NCBI GenBank assembly: GCA_963753435.1
Contig: CAVWCF010000001.1
Span: 576,001 to 640,000 of the forward strand
DNA length: 64,000 bases
Direction of reading: 5' to 3'
Origin: an uncultured Actinomycetota bacterium
GTDB lineage: Bacteria > Actinomycetota > Actinomycetes > CAVWCF01
The position numbers were made by a program, and so were the translations under genes. A model generated the notes under the pieces. That model made no database searches, was not told the origin of the DNA, and worked only from the letters and a program-made list of their open reading frames with translations. This document shows positions 11,302 through 21,642 of this stretch, in pieces; within the stretch, counting starts at the first letter, position 1, and every line of letters begins with the position of its first letter.

Positions 11302-13059
11302 TCACCGGGTCAGATTGATTATTGCTTCGGCGGCCGCCGCGACCGGCACCTCGTCTTGGCTGCCGGTCAGCCGATCGCGGACCTCGACAACGCCATTGGC
11401 CAGGCCCTTGCCGACGATCACAACGGTGGGCACGCCGATCAGGTCCGCGTCGTTGAACTTGACCCCCGGCGATACACGTCGGTCGTCGAACAGGACGTCG
11501 AGGCCGGCTTGGGACAACTGTTCACACAGGTCACCCGCAGCGGCGAACACCGCCTCGTCCTTACCGGTCGCCAACAGGTGAACGTCCACCGGCGCCACCG
11601 ACCTGGGCCACAGGAGCCCCTTGTCGTCGTGGGTCTGCTCCGCGATGGCGGCCACCGCTCGGGACACCCCGATCCCGTATGAGCCCATGGTGGGCACAAC
11701 CTGCTTGCCGTGCTCGTCCAACACGGTCAGGCCGAGCGCCTCGGCGTACTTGCGGCCCAACTGGAAGATGTGGCCGATCTCGATGCCGCGGGCAATCTCC
11801 ACCGGCGACCCACACATCGGACACGGGTCGCCTGCGCGCACCTCGGCTGCCTCGATCACGCCGTCGGCGACGAAATCGCGTCCGGCAACCAGCCCGACCA
11901 CGTGTCGGCCCGGCTGATTCGCGCCAGTGACCCACTGGCTGCCGTCCACCACCCGCGGGTCCAGCAGGTAGCGGAACCCGCGGTCGGCGCCCAAGGCATC
12001 CGGACCGATGTAGCCACGCACCAGCTCCGCGGATGCGGCGAAGTCAGCCTCGGCGAAGGGCTCAATGACAGCCGGGGCAACCTGCGCCTCCAGCCGCTTG
12101 AGGTCGACCTCACGATCGCCGGGCAACCCGATCGCCAGCGGTGTGCGGGTGCCATCGGGGTCCACGAGAGTCACCAGAACGTTCTTCAGCGTGTCGGCCG
12201 CAGTCCAGTCCCGGTCCGGGCGACGCAGGTCCGCCCGCTCGTTCAGCAGCGCCACCAGGGTGTCGATCGTCGCGGTGTCCGGGGTGTCGACCACTTGGGC
12301 CTCGGGCAGCCCACCCGTGCTGGACGCAGCCGGCGGCTGACTCTGAAACGCCTCGGTGTTCGCCGCGTAGTCACATTCCGTGCAGCGCACGAAGGTGTCC
12401 TCGCCGTGAACGCACGGAGCCAGGAACTCCTCGCTGGCCGAACCGCCCATAGCCCCGGACATCGCCGACACGACGGTGTAGTCCAGACCCAGTAGGTCGA
12501 AGATGGCGATGTAGGCGTCGCGCTGGTGCCGATATGCGGCGGCGAGACCTGCGTCGTCCACGTCGAAGGAGTAGGAGTCCTTCATGACGAACTCGCGCCC
12601 GCGCAGGATCCCGGCGCGCGGACGCGCCTCGTCCCGGTACTTGGTCTGGATTTGGTAGAGGACCAGCGGCAGTTCCTTGTAGGAGGAGACCTGGTCCTTC
12701 ACCGCCAGCGTGAACATCTCCTCGTGCGTCGGCCCGAGCAGGTAGTCGCCCTGTTTGCGGTCCTGCAGTCGAAACAGCGTGTCGCCGTACTCGGTCCAGC
12801 GACCGGTCGTCTCGTACGGCTCCCGCGGTAGCAGCGCCGGGAAGTGCACCTCCTGGCCACCGGCGGCATCCATGCCCGCGCGCACGATGCCTTCGACTTT
12901 GCGCAGCACCCGGTAGCCGAGAGGCAACCAACTGAAGATCCCCGGCGCCACTCGCCGCACATATCCGGCACGGACCAGCAATCGATGGCTGGGTACCTCG
13001 GCATCAGCCGGGTCCTCGCGCAGGGTGCGCAGCAGCAATGCGGACATGCGGAGGATCAC
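11302..13059 (-). CDS. proS: Proline--tRNA ligase (bacterial type with insertion editing domain)
   Basis: [57 protein letters not shown]. Confidence 0.99.
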   Translation of the reverse strand: MILRMSALLLRTLREDPADAEVPSHRLLVRAGYVRRVAPGIFSWLPLGYRVLRKVEGIVRAGMDAAGGQEVHFPALLPREPYETTGRWTEYGDTLFRLQDRKQGDYLLGPTHEEMFTLAVKDQVSSYKELPLVLYQIQTKYRDEARPRAGILRGREFVMKDSYSFDVDDAGLAAAYRHQRDAYIAIFDLLGLDYTVVSAMSGAMGGSASEEFLAPCVHGEDTFVRCTECDYAANTEAFQSQPPAASSTGGLPEAQVVDTPDTATIDTLVALLNERADLRRPDRDWTAADTLKNVLVTLVDPDGTRTPLAIGLPGDREVDLKRLEAQVAPAVIEPFAEADFAASAELVRGYIGPDALGADRGFRYLLDPRVVDGSQWVTGANQPGRHVVGLVAGRDFVADGVIEAAEVRAGDPCPMCGSPVEIARGIEIGHIFQLGRKYAEALGLTVLDEHGKQVVPTMGSYGIGVSRAVAAIAEQTHDDKGLLWPRSVAPVDVHLLATGKDEAVFAAAGDLCEQLSQAGLDVLFDDRRVSPGVKFNDADLIGVPTVVIVGKGLANGVVEVRDRLTGSQDEVPVAAAAEAIINLTR

Positions 13060-13105
13060 GGCGGCTCCCTGGAGGTACGACCGCGCGCACCCTATCCGCG
13101 TCGGT

Positions 13106-13951
13106 TCAGAAGAGGACCGTGGCGAAACGTCCCCGCTCGCGGAATCCGACTCTTTCGTAGGCCTGGCGGGCGGAGACGTTGTGTGAATTCACATAGAGAC
13201 TGACCACCGGGGCACCGCGCCGGGCGTACGCCGCAACGGCCGCCATCCCACGGGCACCCACGCCTCGGCCCCGGTACTGCGGGTCCACCCAGACCCCCTG
13301 CACCTGGCTCACCGAGTCCGAAACCGCAGCCAACTCGGCCTTGAACACCACCTGCCCCTCGGACACTCGAAGCAGTGCTCGCCGGCGCCGGATCAAGTCG
13401 GCCAGTCGGGCGCGGTAGGCGGGCCCGCCGCCTCCCGCCAGTGGCGATACCCCCACCTCCTCGGTGAACATGGCCACCGCCGCTGGCAGCAGCACGTCGA
13501 AGTCGGCCTCGGTGGCCGGGCGGACCAACGGGTCGGCCTCGATGACCGGATCAGCGTCCAGAACCAAGAGCGGCTGATCTGCGCGAACCTCGCGCGCCGG
13601 TCCCCACACCCCAGCCAACTGTGCCCACAGGGCCAACGCGGACTCGGCCGGTCCGACGATGCTTGAGCACCGGCGCCCCAACCGGGCCGCGCGTGCTGCG
13701 AAGGCCGCCAATGCCTGCGGATCCGCTTGCACCGGGATCAGATTGGCCCCGGAATAGCACATCGAGACCAGCTCACTACCCCGGTACCAGCCCCAGAGTT
13801 GGCCGCCGAGTTCGTCAGGCCGCAGGCCGGAATCCCGCACCCGCGCGGCGACGAAGCAGTCCACCACCGGATCGCGCCGCAGCAACGTCTGTGCCGCCTT
13901 CAGGTCTGCCCGGTCCAGGACCCGCAGAGTTGCCGCCACATCAGCCGACAT
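13106..13951 (-). CDS. GNAT family N-acetyltransferase (DUF4081 type)
   Basis: [16 protein letters not shown] acetyl-CoA motif, [18 protein letters not shown]; normally follows ispG in Actinobacteria. Start reset to ATG 13951. Confidence 0.9.
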   Translation of the reverse strand: MSADVAATLRVLDRADLKAAQTLLRRDPVVDCFVAARVRDSGLRPDELGGQLWGWYRGSELVSMCYSGANLIPVQADPQALAAFAARAARLGRRCSSIVGPAESALALWAQLAGVWGPAREVRADQPLLVLDADPVIEADPLVRPATEADFDVLLPAAVAMFTEEVGVSPLAGGGGPAYRARLADLIRRRRALLRVSEGQVVFKAELAAVSDSVSQVQGVWVDPQYRGRGVGARGMAAVAAYARRGAPVVSLYVNSHNVSARQAYERVGFRERGRFATVLF

Positions 13952-14921
13952 CGCGTACCTGGGCCAACGCCCGTGCCCCGTCACCTACCTCAGGGAACGA
14001 CAGCATCAGGAGCGTCGGCAGTTGGTCCGCTTCGCGCCGGCACGTGGAGATGCGGCCGGCAAGTACGGACTGCTCGTTGTTCGCCACGCCGTCGGCGAGT
14101 TCGGGGGGTCGCCCCGCAACCCAATGCTCGAGGACGAGCATCGGTTCATCGCCGGCCGCGCGGCAGGCCCCGGTTCCGCCGCTGGTCGGCAGCGGCGCGG
14201 ACCGGCGCAGGACGTCGCTTCGATACCAGGACGGATCCGCAGTTGACGGGTAGCGATGGGAGACCAGGACCTGACCGGCCGCCAGCAGTGCTTCCACGTC
14301 GGCCGTCGCCTCGACGGACCCCGGGATGACGTCGCCCTCCAAGCGGGAGACCCGGAAGGCGTCGGCCACTTCGGCCGCCGGGACGTAGTCCTCCAGGTCC
14401 AGCACCACGATCTCGCGCGGGTTCTCGACGAACCACGCGCTCAACTCCCGCAACACCGACTCCAGCGGCACTGCACCAAGCTCACACCAACCGGCGCAGA
14501 TGTAGACCGCAGCGGAGCCGGTCGGGTCGGTCGCCAGCAACTGTTGGCGGGCCTGCTCCAGCGTTGGTCGCAGTTCCGGCACAGGCGCTGGCGGCGGCGG
14601 TGCCTCGGGGTCGGTCAAGACCCCGTTTCGGTACGGGATGCCCGAGCGCAACTGCAGGTGGAACGCGCGTACCTGCCGATCGAGCAGTTGAGTCATCGTG
14701 AGGTTGGTCCAGGGTGTCACCCAGCCCCCCGAAGCCCCGGACGCCGCAGCCTGGTGTGCCCCGAGCAGGCCCACCTCGGCTAGCGGCAGGTCACACAGCT
14801 CGACTGATCCCAGGCAGGGTTCTGCTTCGACCGGGGCCGCATCCGGGGTAACGGTGCACGCGCCCAGCAGCGTCGTCGAAGTCGCTACTGCGGCGATCGC
14901 AGCGGCCAGGCGTACCAACAC
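13941..14921 (-). CDS. Lipoprotein with PI-PLC/GDPD-like (TIM-barrel phosphodiesterase) fold; catalytic residues degenerate
   Basis: Signal peptide ending LLGAC; C-x-G-x3-LCD...GAHQ...QLLDRQVRAFHLQ...YICAGWCELG...ENPREIVVLDLED pattern. Probable leaderless GTG start at 14921, 7 nt after TAGGTT. Confidence 0.7.
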   Translation of the reverse strand: MLVRLAAAIAAVATSTTLLGACTVTPDAAPVEAEPCLGSVELCDLPLAEVGLLGAHQAAASGASGGWVTPWTNLTMTQLLDRQVRAFHLQLRSGIPYRNGVLTDPEAPPPPAPVPELRPTLEQARQQLLATDPTGSAAVYICAGWCELGAVPLESVLRELSAWFVENPREIVVLDLEDYVPAAEVADAFRVSRLEGDVIPGSVEATADVEALLAAGQVLVSHRYPSTADPSWYRSDVLRRSAPLPTSGGTGACRAAGDEPMLVLEHWVAGRPPELADGVANNEQSVLAGRISTCRREADQLPTLLMLSFPEVGDGARALAQVRDVG

Positions 14922-14979
14922 GACTGGCAACCTAACCGCAGCCGCTCGGTAGTGTCGTGGCGGTCCGGAAGGAGCCGTC
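14922..14979. promoter_or_regulatory. Back-to-back divergent promoters for the PLC-like gene and abfD
   Basis: TAGGTT on minus strand (14929-14934) and TAGTGT on plus strand (14950-14955); GGAAGGAG SD before the abfD ATG. Confidence 0.55.
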
Positions 14980-16476
14980 ATGACGCAGGCCGAGACGATC
15001 GAGACGCATTGGAGCCGACGACCGTCGAGCCCGCTGGTATCTGGGGCCGACTACAGGGACAGCCTGCGTGGCCGCGGGTTGCGGGTGCACTACCGCGGTG
15101 AGCGCATCGCTGAACCTGTCGACCACCCGGTCATTCAGCCTTCCATCAACGCGGTGGCGCGCACCTACGACCTCGCCGTCGAGTCGCCGGAACTGGCGAC
15201 GGTGCACTCCAGCATCTCCAACCGGCGCGTGAACCGTTTCCTGCATGTGGCTGAGTCCGCCGATGACGTGGTGATGCAGAACCGGATGCAGCGCCGGCTG
15301 GGCCAGGACACTGGCACCTGCTTTCAAAGGTGTGTCGGGATGGATGCGTTCAACGCCCTCTTCTCGGTGACGCACGACTGCGATGCGGCGACCGGGTCGC
15401 GGTACCACGAAAGGTTCGTGGCGTTTTTGCGGCGGATGCAGGAGGACAACCTCGTGGTGGGCGGGGCGATGACCGACCCGAAAGGGGATCGCAGCAAGAG
15501 CCCGGCGCAGCAACACGATCCCGACCTCTACACCCGAGTCGTCGAGCGCCGGGACGGTGGCGTGGTCATCCGCGGCGCGAAGGCCCATCAGACGGGATGC
15601 CTGAACAGTCACTGGATCGTGGTGATGCCCACGATGCGGATGGGGCAGGCCGACCGCGACTACACGATCGCCGCGGCCATCCCGGTCGACCATCCGGGGC
15701 TCACCTACGTGTATGGGCGACAGTCCTGCGACTCCCGATCCGCCGAAGACGGCGAAATCGACGCCGGCAATGCCCGCTTCGCCGGCCAAGAGGCGATGAT
15801 TCTTATCGATGACGTGTTCGTGCCTGAGGAGTACGTCTTCCTAGATGGCGAACACGAGTACGCCGCGCCCTTGGTTGAGCGCTTCACCGCATTTCACCGC
15901 CGCAGTTACGTGTGCAAGACAGGTCTGGGCGATGTGCTGATCGGCGCCGCCGCCCAGTTGGCGCAGTGGCAGGGGGTGGCCGGCGCATCGCACGTTCGCG
16001 ACAAGCTGGTCGAAATGGCCCATCTCAACGAGACCATCTACGCGGCTGGGATCGCCTCATCGCATGAATCAGCGCCAACCGCCGCAGGCAACTACCAGAA
16101 CGATTCACTGCTGGCCAACGTCTGCAAGCAGAACGTCACCCGCTTTCCCTACGAGCTGGCGCGGCTGGCCCAGGACATCGCCGGCGGCCTGGTCGCCACC
16201 TTGCCGAGTGAGGCGGACCTGGCCGACCCCGAGATCGGTCCCCGCCTACTGAAGTACCTGAGCACCAGCGCCGACGTGCCCACCGAACACCGGATCCGCA
16301 TGTTGCGCCTCGTGGAGAACATGACCATGGGCCGCAACGCAGTCGGTTACCTCACCGAGTCGATGCACGGTGCCGGGTCGCCGCAGGCGCAGCGAGTGCA
16401 GATCGCCAGGGAGGTCGACCTGGAGGCTGACAAGGCGATGGCACGCCGGCTGGCGGGGATAGACGGCGACGACTGA
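14980..16476 (+). CDS. abfD: 4-hydroxybutyryl-CoA dehydratase / vinylacetyl-CoA delta-isomerase (FAD, [4Fe-4S])
   Basis: TGTCFQRCVGMD (two cluster Cys), AMTDPKGDRS, GAKAHQTG, YGRQSCD, HRRSYVCK (cluster His and Cys), ESMHGAGSPQAQR. These are AbfD hallmarks, not shared with HpaB monooxygenases. Confidence 0.9.
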   Translation: MTQAETIETHWSRRPSSPLVSGADYRDSLRGRGLRVHYRGERIAEPVDHPVIQPSINAVARTYDLAVESPELATVHSSISNRRVNRFLHVAESADDVVMQNRMQRRLGQDTGTCFQRCVGMDAFNALFSVTHDCDAATGSRYHERFVAFLRRMQEDNLVVGGAMTDPKGDRSKSPAQQHDPDLYTRVVERRDGGVVIRGAKAHQTGCLNSHWIVVMPTMRMGQADRDYTIAAAIPVDHPGLTYVYGRQSCDSRSAEDGEIDAGNARFAGQEAMILIDDVFVPEEYVFLDGEHEYAAPLVERFTAFHRRSYVCKTGLGDVLIGAAAQLAQWQGVAGASHVRDKLVEMAHLNETIYAAGIASSHESAPTAAGNYQNDSLLANVCKQNVTRFPYELARLAQDIAGGLVATLPSEADLADPEIGPRLLKYLSTSADVPTEHRIRMLRLVENMTMGRNAVGYLTESMHGAGSPQAQRVQIAREVDLEADKAMARRLAGIDGDD

Positions 16477-16482
16477 CGTCCC

Positions 16483-17655
16483 TCAGTGGACCTCGACCAC
16501 GGGCGCAGCCGCGCCCTCCTCGCCCGACTCCGGGTCCACGCCCATCTCCTCAGCCAGACGCAGTGCCTGCTCGATCAGGGTCGGCACGATCTGAGCCTCC
16601 GGGACGGTGGCGATCACCTCGCCCTTGACGAAGATCTGACCCTTGCCGTTTCCGCTGGCCACACCGAGATCGGCTTCGCGCGCCTCCCCCGGACCGTTGA
16701 CGACGCAGCCCATCACGGCCACGCGCAACGGGACGTTGAGCCCTTCAAGTCCGGCGGTGACCTCCTCGGCCAGGGTGTAGACGTCAACCTGCGCCCGCCC
16801 GCAGGACGGACAGGAAACGATTTCGAGGCCGCGTTCGCGAAGTCCCAGGGACTCCAGGATCGCGATGCCGACCTTCACCTCTTCTGCCGGCGGCGCGGAG
16901 AGACTGACGCGAATCGTGTCGCCGATGCCTTCGGCGAGCAGGGCCCCGAACGCCACGGCGGACTTGACCGTGCCCTGAAACGTCGGGCCGGCTTCGGTCA
17001 CGCCCAGGTGCAGCGGGTAGTCGCACGCGGCGGCCAACTGCCGGTAGGCGGCGATCATCACGACCGGGTCGTGATGCTTGACGGAGATCTTGATGTCCCC
17101 GAACCCGTGCTCCTCGAACAGCGACGCTTCCCACAGCGCCGACTCCACCAAAGCTTCCGGCGTGGCCTTGCCGTGCTTGGCAAGCAGGCGCGGGTCGAGC
17201 GAACCGGCGTTCACGCCGATACGGATCGGCACCTGGGCGTCGGCCGCGGCCTTGGCGATCTCGGCGACCTTGTCGTCGAACTGCTTGATATTGCCGGGAT
17301 TCACCCGGACACCGGCGCAACCAGCGTCGATTGCTGCGAACACGTACTTGGGCTGGAAGTGGATGTCGGCGATGACAGGGATGTTGGACTTGGCCGCGAT
17401 CACGGGCAGCGCCTCGGCGTCGTCCTGACTGGGCACCGCAACTCGAACAACCTGGCAACCCGAAGCGGTCAACTCCGCGATCTGCTGGAGCGTGGCGTTC
17501 ACGTCGGCAGTGACCGTGGTCGTCATGGACTGCACGGAGACAGGCGCGTCTCCGCCCACCGCCACCGGGTGGCTGGGGTGCTTGAGCAAGAGCTGGCGGG
17601 TCCGGCGGCGAGGGGCCACCGTGCGCGCGGATGGAATACCCAGCGAGACGGTCAT
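16483..17655 (-). CDS. ispG: 4-hydroxy-3-methylbut-2-en-1-yl diphosphate synthase
   Basis: [57 protein letters not shown]. Confidence 0.99.
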   Translation of the reverse strand: MTVSLGIPSARTVAPRRRTRQLLLKHPSHPVAVGGDAPVSVQSMTTTVTADVNATLQQIAELTASGCQVVRVAVPSQDDAEALPVIAAKSNIPVIADIHFQPKYVFAAIDAGCAGVRVNPGNIKQFDDKVAEIAKAAADAQVPIRIGVNAGSLDPRLLAKHGKATPEALVESALWEASLFEEHGFGDIKISVKHHDPVVMIAAYRQLAAACDYPLHLGVTEAGPTFQGTVKSAVAFGALLAEGIGDTIRVSLSAPPAEEVKVGIAILESLGLRERGLEIVSCPSCGRAQVDVYTLAEEVTAGLEGLNVPLRVAVMGCVVNGPGEAREADLGVASGNGKGQIFVKGEVIATVPEAQIVPTLIEQALRLAEEMGVDPESGEEGAAAPVVEVH

Positions 17656-17663
17656 GTGCTCCC

Positions 17664-18860
17664 CTAAAGGCCTAGGTCAACGGGATTGACGATATCCGCG
17701 GTCAGCAGCAGCAGCGACAGACCGACGAGCAGGAACAAGAACACGTACGCGAAAGCCGCGAAACGCGTCACATCCACCGGACCGGGGTCGGGGCTACCCC
17801 GCTTGCGCGCCCTGCGGACCTTCCAGCGCTCATATCCCAGAACCGCTAGGTGACCTCCGTCCAGAGGCAACAACGGCAGGATGTTGAACCAGCCGATGAA
17901 GACGTTCAGACCGGCGATCAGCAAGAGGAAATCTGCAATTCGAGCCGAAAGCGGCAACTCCTCACTGAGGATCGCCACGCTGCCCTGGGCGATTCCTACC
18001 GGCCCCACCAGGTCCTCCACGCCGCGCGGCTCGCCACCGAAGGTTTGCCCGAAGAGCTCCGGAACCTTCGAGGGAATCGACACCAGCGCCGCGAACGTGC
18101 CGCTGGTGAGCCGCAGCAGACCGCTGGCTGCAGTGGTAACCGCCTCGACCGGCCCGGATCGCTCCACGGCAACCGTCGGCGTGAGGCCGATGACACCGAT
18201 GGTCGTGGCCGCACCGTCCACCTCGCGTTCGACCGCCGCCGGGGTGGCCGTCAGGGACAGCTGGCTGCCGGCCCGGTCCACATCGATGCTGATCGCCGTG
18301 TCGGCCGACTCGCGAACCACGGCGGTGAAGTCCGACCACTCCTCGACTTCGCGCCCGTCGACGGCCAGCACCTGGTCCCCGGAGCGCAGGCCGGCTGCCG
18401 CCGCCGGGCTGGCCGGGTCCGACTCGGTGCATTCGGTGCCGGCCTCCGGCAGGCACTCGGAGACCTCGTCAATCGTGGTACTCGCGGTCGCCGTCCCGAA
18501 GACGGTGAGGGCCACGATGATCAGGACCACCGCGAGGACCATGTGCATCGCTGAGCCGGCCGCCAGGACGACGGCTCGGCGCGATGCCGGCTGCCGATAG
18601 AAGGCCCTTGACTGGTCTTCCTCAGGAAGCGGCTCGCTGGGAGTCATCCCGCTGATGCGAACAAAGCCACCGGCCGGGATGGCCTTGACCCCGTACTCGG
18701 TCTCGCCACGGCGGACCGACCAGATGGTGGGTCCGAACCCGACAAAGAACTGGGTGGCCTTCATCCCGAATCGACGCGCAGCGGCGAAGTGCCCCCACTC
18801 GTGGAACATGATCGAGCCGAGCAGGGCAGCGATGAAGGCGAAGATGGCCAGTGCGGTCAT
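17664..18860 (-). CDS. M50 site-2 intramembrane metalloprotease with PDZ domain (Rip1/RseP)
   Basis: HEWGH zinc motif, [15 protein letters not shown] segment; between dxr and ispG. Confidence 0.95.
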   Translation of the reverse strand: MTALAIFAFIAALLGSIMFHEWGHFAAARRFGMKATQFFVGFGPTIWSVRRGETEYGVKAIPAGGFVRISGMTPSEPLPEEDQSRAFYRQPASRRAVVLAAGSAMHMVLAVVLIIVALTVFGTATASTTIDEVSECLPEAGTECTESDPASPAAAAGLRSGDQVLAVDGREVEEWSDFTAVVRESADTAISIDVDRAGSQLSLTATPAAVEREVDGAATTIGVIGLTPTVAVERSGPVEAVTTAASGLLRLTSGTFAALVSIPSKVPELFGQTFGGEPRGVEDLVGPVGIAQGSVAILSEELPLSARIADFLLLIAGLNVFIGWFNILPLLPLDGGHLAVLGYERWKVRRARKRGSPDPGPVDVTRFAAFAYVFLFLLVGLSLLLLTADIVNPVDLGL

Positions 18861-20014
18861 GCCGCAACACCGCAGTGTTCACGCGCCGCAGCCCGCGCCC
18901 ACTCATCCGCCGCCAGCACGTCCTCAAGTGTGGGGTCGGTGACCAGAGTGTGCGCGGCGAGGACTGTGGCGACAGTGTCGGTGATGGCCGGGAACCCCAG
19001 CGCGCCGGAAAGGAAGGCGTCGACGGCCACCTCGTTGGCCGCGTTCAACACCGCCGGCGCCGTACCCCCGGCAGCCCCAGCTTCCCGGGCCAGACGCAGC
19101 GCCCCGAAAACCGATTCGTCGACGGGTTCGAAAGTCCAAGACGCCGCCTGACTGAAGTCGATTGCGCTGATCGCCCCCGCAACCCGATTCGGCCACGCCA
19201 GACCCAGCGCGATCGGTAGCCGCATGTCCGGGGGGCTCACCTGGGCTAGCACCGACCCGTCAGTGAACTCCACCATCGAGTGCACGAGGGACTGCGGGTG
19301 CACTACGACGTCGATCCGGTCCAGCGGGATGTCAAACAGCAGGTGGGCCTCGATCAACTCCAGGCCCTTGTTGATGAGGGTCGCTGAGTTGATGGTGATG
19401 GTTGGGCCCATGGACCAGGTGGGGTGCGCCAGTGCCTCCTGCGGCGTGACCGACTGAAGTGCGGCCGCATCCCAACCCCGGAACGGACCGCCGGACGCCG
19501 TCAACACCAGTCGCGCCACTTCTTCCGGGGACCCGCCGCGCAGGCATTGCGCCAGGGCGGAATGCTCGGAGTCGACCGGGACGATCTGACCAGGACCAGC
19601 CGCAGCCCGGACCACTGGCCCACCTATTACCAACGACTCCTTGTTGGCCAGAGCAAGCGTGTGCCCGGCCGCCAGCGCGGCCAACGAAGGCAACAAACCC
19701 GACGCGCCGGTGATCCCGTTGAGCACTACGTCGCAGGGCCGCGACGCCAGCTCCGCGGCCGCATCCGGGCCCACCAGCACTTCGCCGTCCCAGCCGGCAG
19801 CGTGCAACACCCGACGTACGTCTGACTCCCGCGCGCCATCGGCAACCGCGACCACCTTCGCTCCGCTGATGGCCGCCTGCTGGGCCAGAAGCTCTGGGTC
19901 GCGCCCGGTGGCGGCCAGCCCGACGATGCGGAACTGATCTGCCGCCGCCTGGACGACGTCGTGCGCTTGGGTACCGATGGACCCGGTACTGCCGAGGACA
20001 ATTACGTCGCGCAC
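18857..20014 (-). CDS. dxr: 1-deoxy-D-xylulose-5-phosphate reductoisomerase
   Basis: [41 protein letters not shown]. Start reset to GTG 20014, 6 nt after GAGAAT (possibly leaderless). Confidence 0.98.
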   Translation of the reverse strand: MRDVIVLGSTGSIGTQAHDVVQAAADQFRIVGLAATGRDPELLAQQAAISGAKVVAVADGARESDVRRVLHAAGWDGEVLVGPDAAAELASRPCDVVLNGITGASGLLPSLAALAAGHTLALANKESLVIGGPVVRAAAGPGQIVPVDSEHSALAQCLRGGSPEEVARLVLTASGGPFRGWDAAALQSVTPQEALAHPTWSMGPTITINSATLINKGLELIEAHLLFDIPLDRIDVVVHPQSLVHSMVEFTDGSVLAQVSPPDMRLPIALGLAWPNRVAGAISAIDFSQAASWTFEPVDESVFGALRLAREAGAAGGTAPAVLNAANEVAVDAFLSGALGFPAITDTVATVLAAHTLVTDPTLEDVLAADEWARAAAREHCGVAA

Positions 20015-20141
20015 CGGGCCATTCTCACCGATCCCGACATCGACTCGGACACATGCCGACACAGCGGCGGCATTTGCCTATCTGGCTGGCCCACGTCTGG
20101 ACACTGTCCCTTGCCCCAAGAGCGCTACGGCACCGCGCCAA

Positions 20142-21584
20142 CTACAACTGCAGTCCGGTAAGGACCATCACCCGGATGTCGGTGTAGTCCTCCATGGCGT
20201 AGCGAAGGCCCTCTCGACCGACGCCGGATTCCTTAACCCCGCCGTAGGGCATCTGGTCGGCGCGGTAACTGGGGACATCGCCGATGACGACGCCGCCCAC
20301 CTCCAACTCCGCGTGCGCCCGGAAGGCGGTTCGCACGTCCCTGGTGAACACCCCGGCTTGGAGGCCGAACTTGCTGTCGTTGACGATGGCGAACGCGGCG
20401 TCCACATCGGGGACTGATTGCAGCACCAGTACGGGTCCGAATACCTCCTCGCAGGAGACCCGGGCGTCGGCTGCGACATCGGTGAGCACCGTGGGTGCGT
20501 AGGTGGCGCCGTCACGCTGTCCGCCCGTGAGCACCTTGGCGCCGCTGGCGACCGCCTCGGAGACCCATTGCTCTACCCGGACCGCCGCTTCCGTGCTGAC
20601 CATTGGACCGACGTCGGTGGTCGGGTCCGTCGGATCGCCGGTGGCCAGGGCCTGAACCTTGGCCACAAGCAAGGGCGCGAAATCGCCCATGAGGGCTTCG
20701 TCGACAAGCACGCGCTGCACCGAGATGCAGGACTGGCCCGCCTGGTAGTTGGCGAATGTGGCGATCCGCGAAGCCGCCCAGTCCAGGTCGTCGGCCGCTC
20801 CGAAGTCGGCGCAAACCACCGCAGCGGCGTTGCCGCCCAGTTCCAGGGTCACGTGCTTTCGCGGCACCGCATCAAGGATCTGGTAGCCAACAGTGGTCGA
20901 ACCAGTGAACGAGATCACCGGGAGGCGAGAATCCGCGACGAGTGCCGGCATGTCCTCGTTGGCCACCGGGAGCACCGACCACATCCCGTCGGGCAACTCG
21001 GTCTCTGCCAGCACTTCTCCCAGCAACAACGCCGACAAGGGAGTCGCGGGCGCCGGCTTGATGATGATCGGTGCGCCTACGGCGATGGCCGGGGCCACTT
21101 TGTGCGCCACCAGGTTCAAGGGGAAGTTGAACGGCGCGATGCCGAGGACGGGTCCCTTCGGCACGCGCCTGACGTAGGCGAGGCGACCGGCGCCGGCCGC
21201 GTCCGTGTCGAGGCGCTGAACCTCGCCGCTGAACCGGCGGGTCTCCTCCGCAGCGAACCGGAAAACACTCACCGCCCGGCCCGCCTCGGCCATTGCCCAC
21301 TTATGCGGCTTGCCGTTCTCGGCCGTGATCAACTCAGCGACTTCCGCCTGCCGTTCGGCCAGACGCTTGGACACGTGCATCAGCGCGTCGGCGCGCGCCG
21401 ACAGCGGCATCCGGGCGGCTGATCCGGCTACGGCGCCAGCGGCTGCCACCGCCGCTTCGACCTGGGCGGCATCCGGGCGGCTGACCCGGGCGACCAAGGC
21501 GCCGGTGTAGGGGTTGGTGACGGCGAACGATTCCGAAGAGGTCGCGCGCTGTCCGGCGAGGTAGAACGGTTGGGCGTCCGACAT
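20142..21584 (-). CDS. NAD(P)-dependent aldehyde dehydrogenase, probably succinate/glutarate semialdehyde dehydrogenase
   Basis: PFNFPLNL, FTGS, LELGGN, catalytic GQSCIS, EEVFGPV; divergent from gabT. Substrate inferred from context. Confidence 0.9.
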   Translation of the reverse strand: MSDAQPFYLAGQRATSSESFAVTNPYTGALVARVSRPDAAQVEAAVAAAGAVAGSAARMPLSARADALMHVSKRLAERQAEVAELITAENGKPHKWAMAEAGRAVSVFRFAAEETRRFSGEVQRLDTDAAGAGRLAYVRRVPKGPVLGIAPFNFPLNLVAHKVAPAIAVGAPIIIKPAPATPLSALLLGEVLAETELPDGMWSVLPVANEDMPALVADSRLPVISFTGSTTVGYQILDAVPRKHVTLELGGNAAAVVCADFGAADDLDWAASRIATFANYQAGQSCISVQRVLVDEALMGDFAPLLVAKVQALATGDPTDPTTDVGPMVSTEAAVRVEQWVSEAVASGAKVLTGGQRDGATYAPTVLTDVAADARVSCEEVFGPVLVLQSVPDVDAAFAIVNDSKFGLQAGVFTRDVRTAFRAHAELEVGGVVIGDVPSYRADQMPYGGVKESGVGREGLRYAMEDYTDIRVMVLTGLQL

Positions 21585-21642
21585 GAGCACACGCTAGTCC
21601 GACAGTGCCTATCCTTGAGGCCCCTGCCCAAGGATGGTTCCC
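21585..21642. promoter_or_regulatory. Compact divergent promoter region (ALDH / gabT), probably leaderless on both sides
   Basis: TAGCGT 6 nt before the ALDH ATG (21584); AAGGAT about 7 nt before the gabT ATG (21643); no SD on either side. Confidence 0.45.

Noticed and set aside
14980-16476. Annotation as 4-hydroxyphenylacetate 3-monooxygenase (HpaB), or as proof of autotrophic CO2 fixation
   Set aside because: The Fe-S ligands and signature motifs fit AbfD, and no flavin reductase is adjacent. No other HP/HB-cycle genes are in the window, so autotrophy is unsupported.
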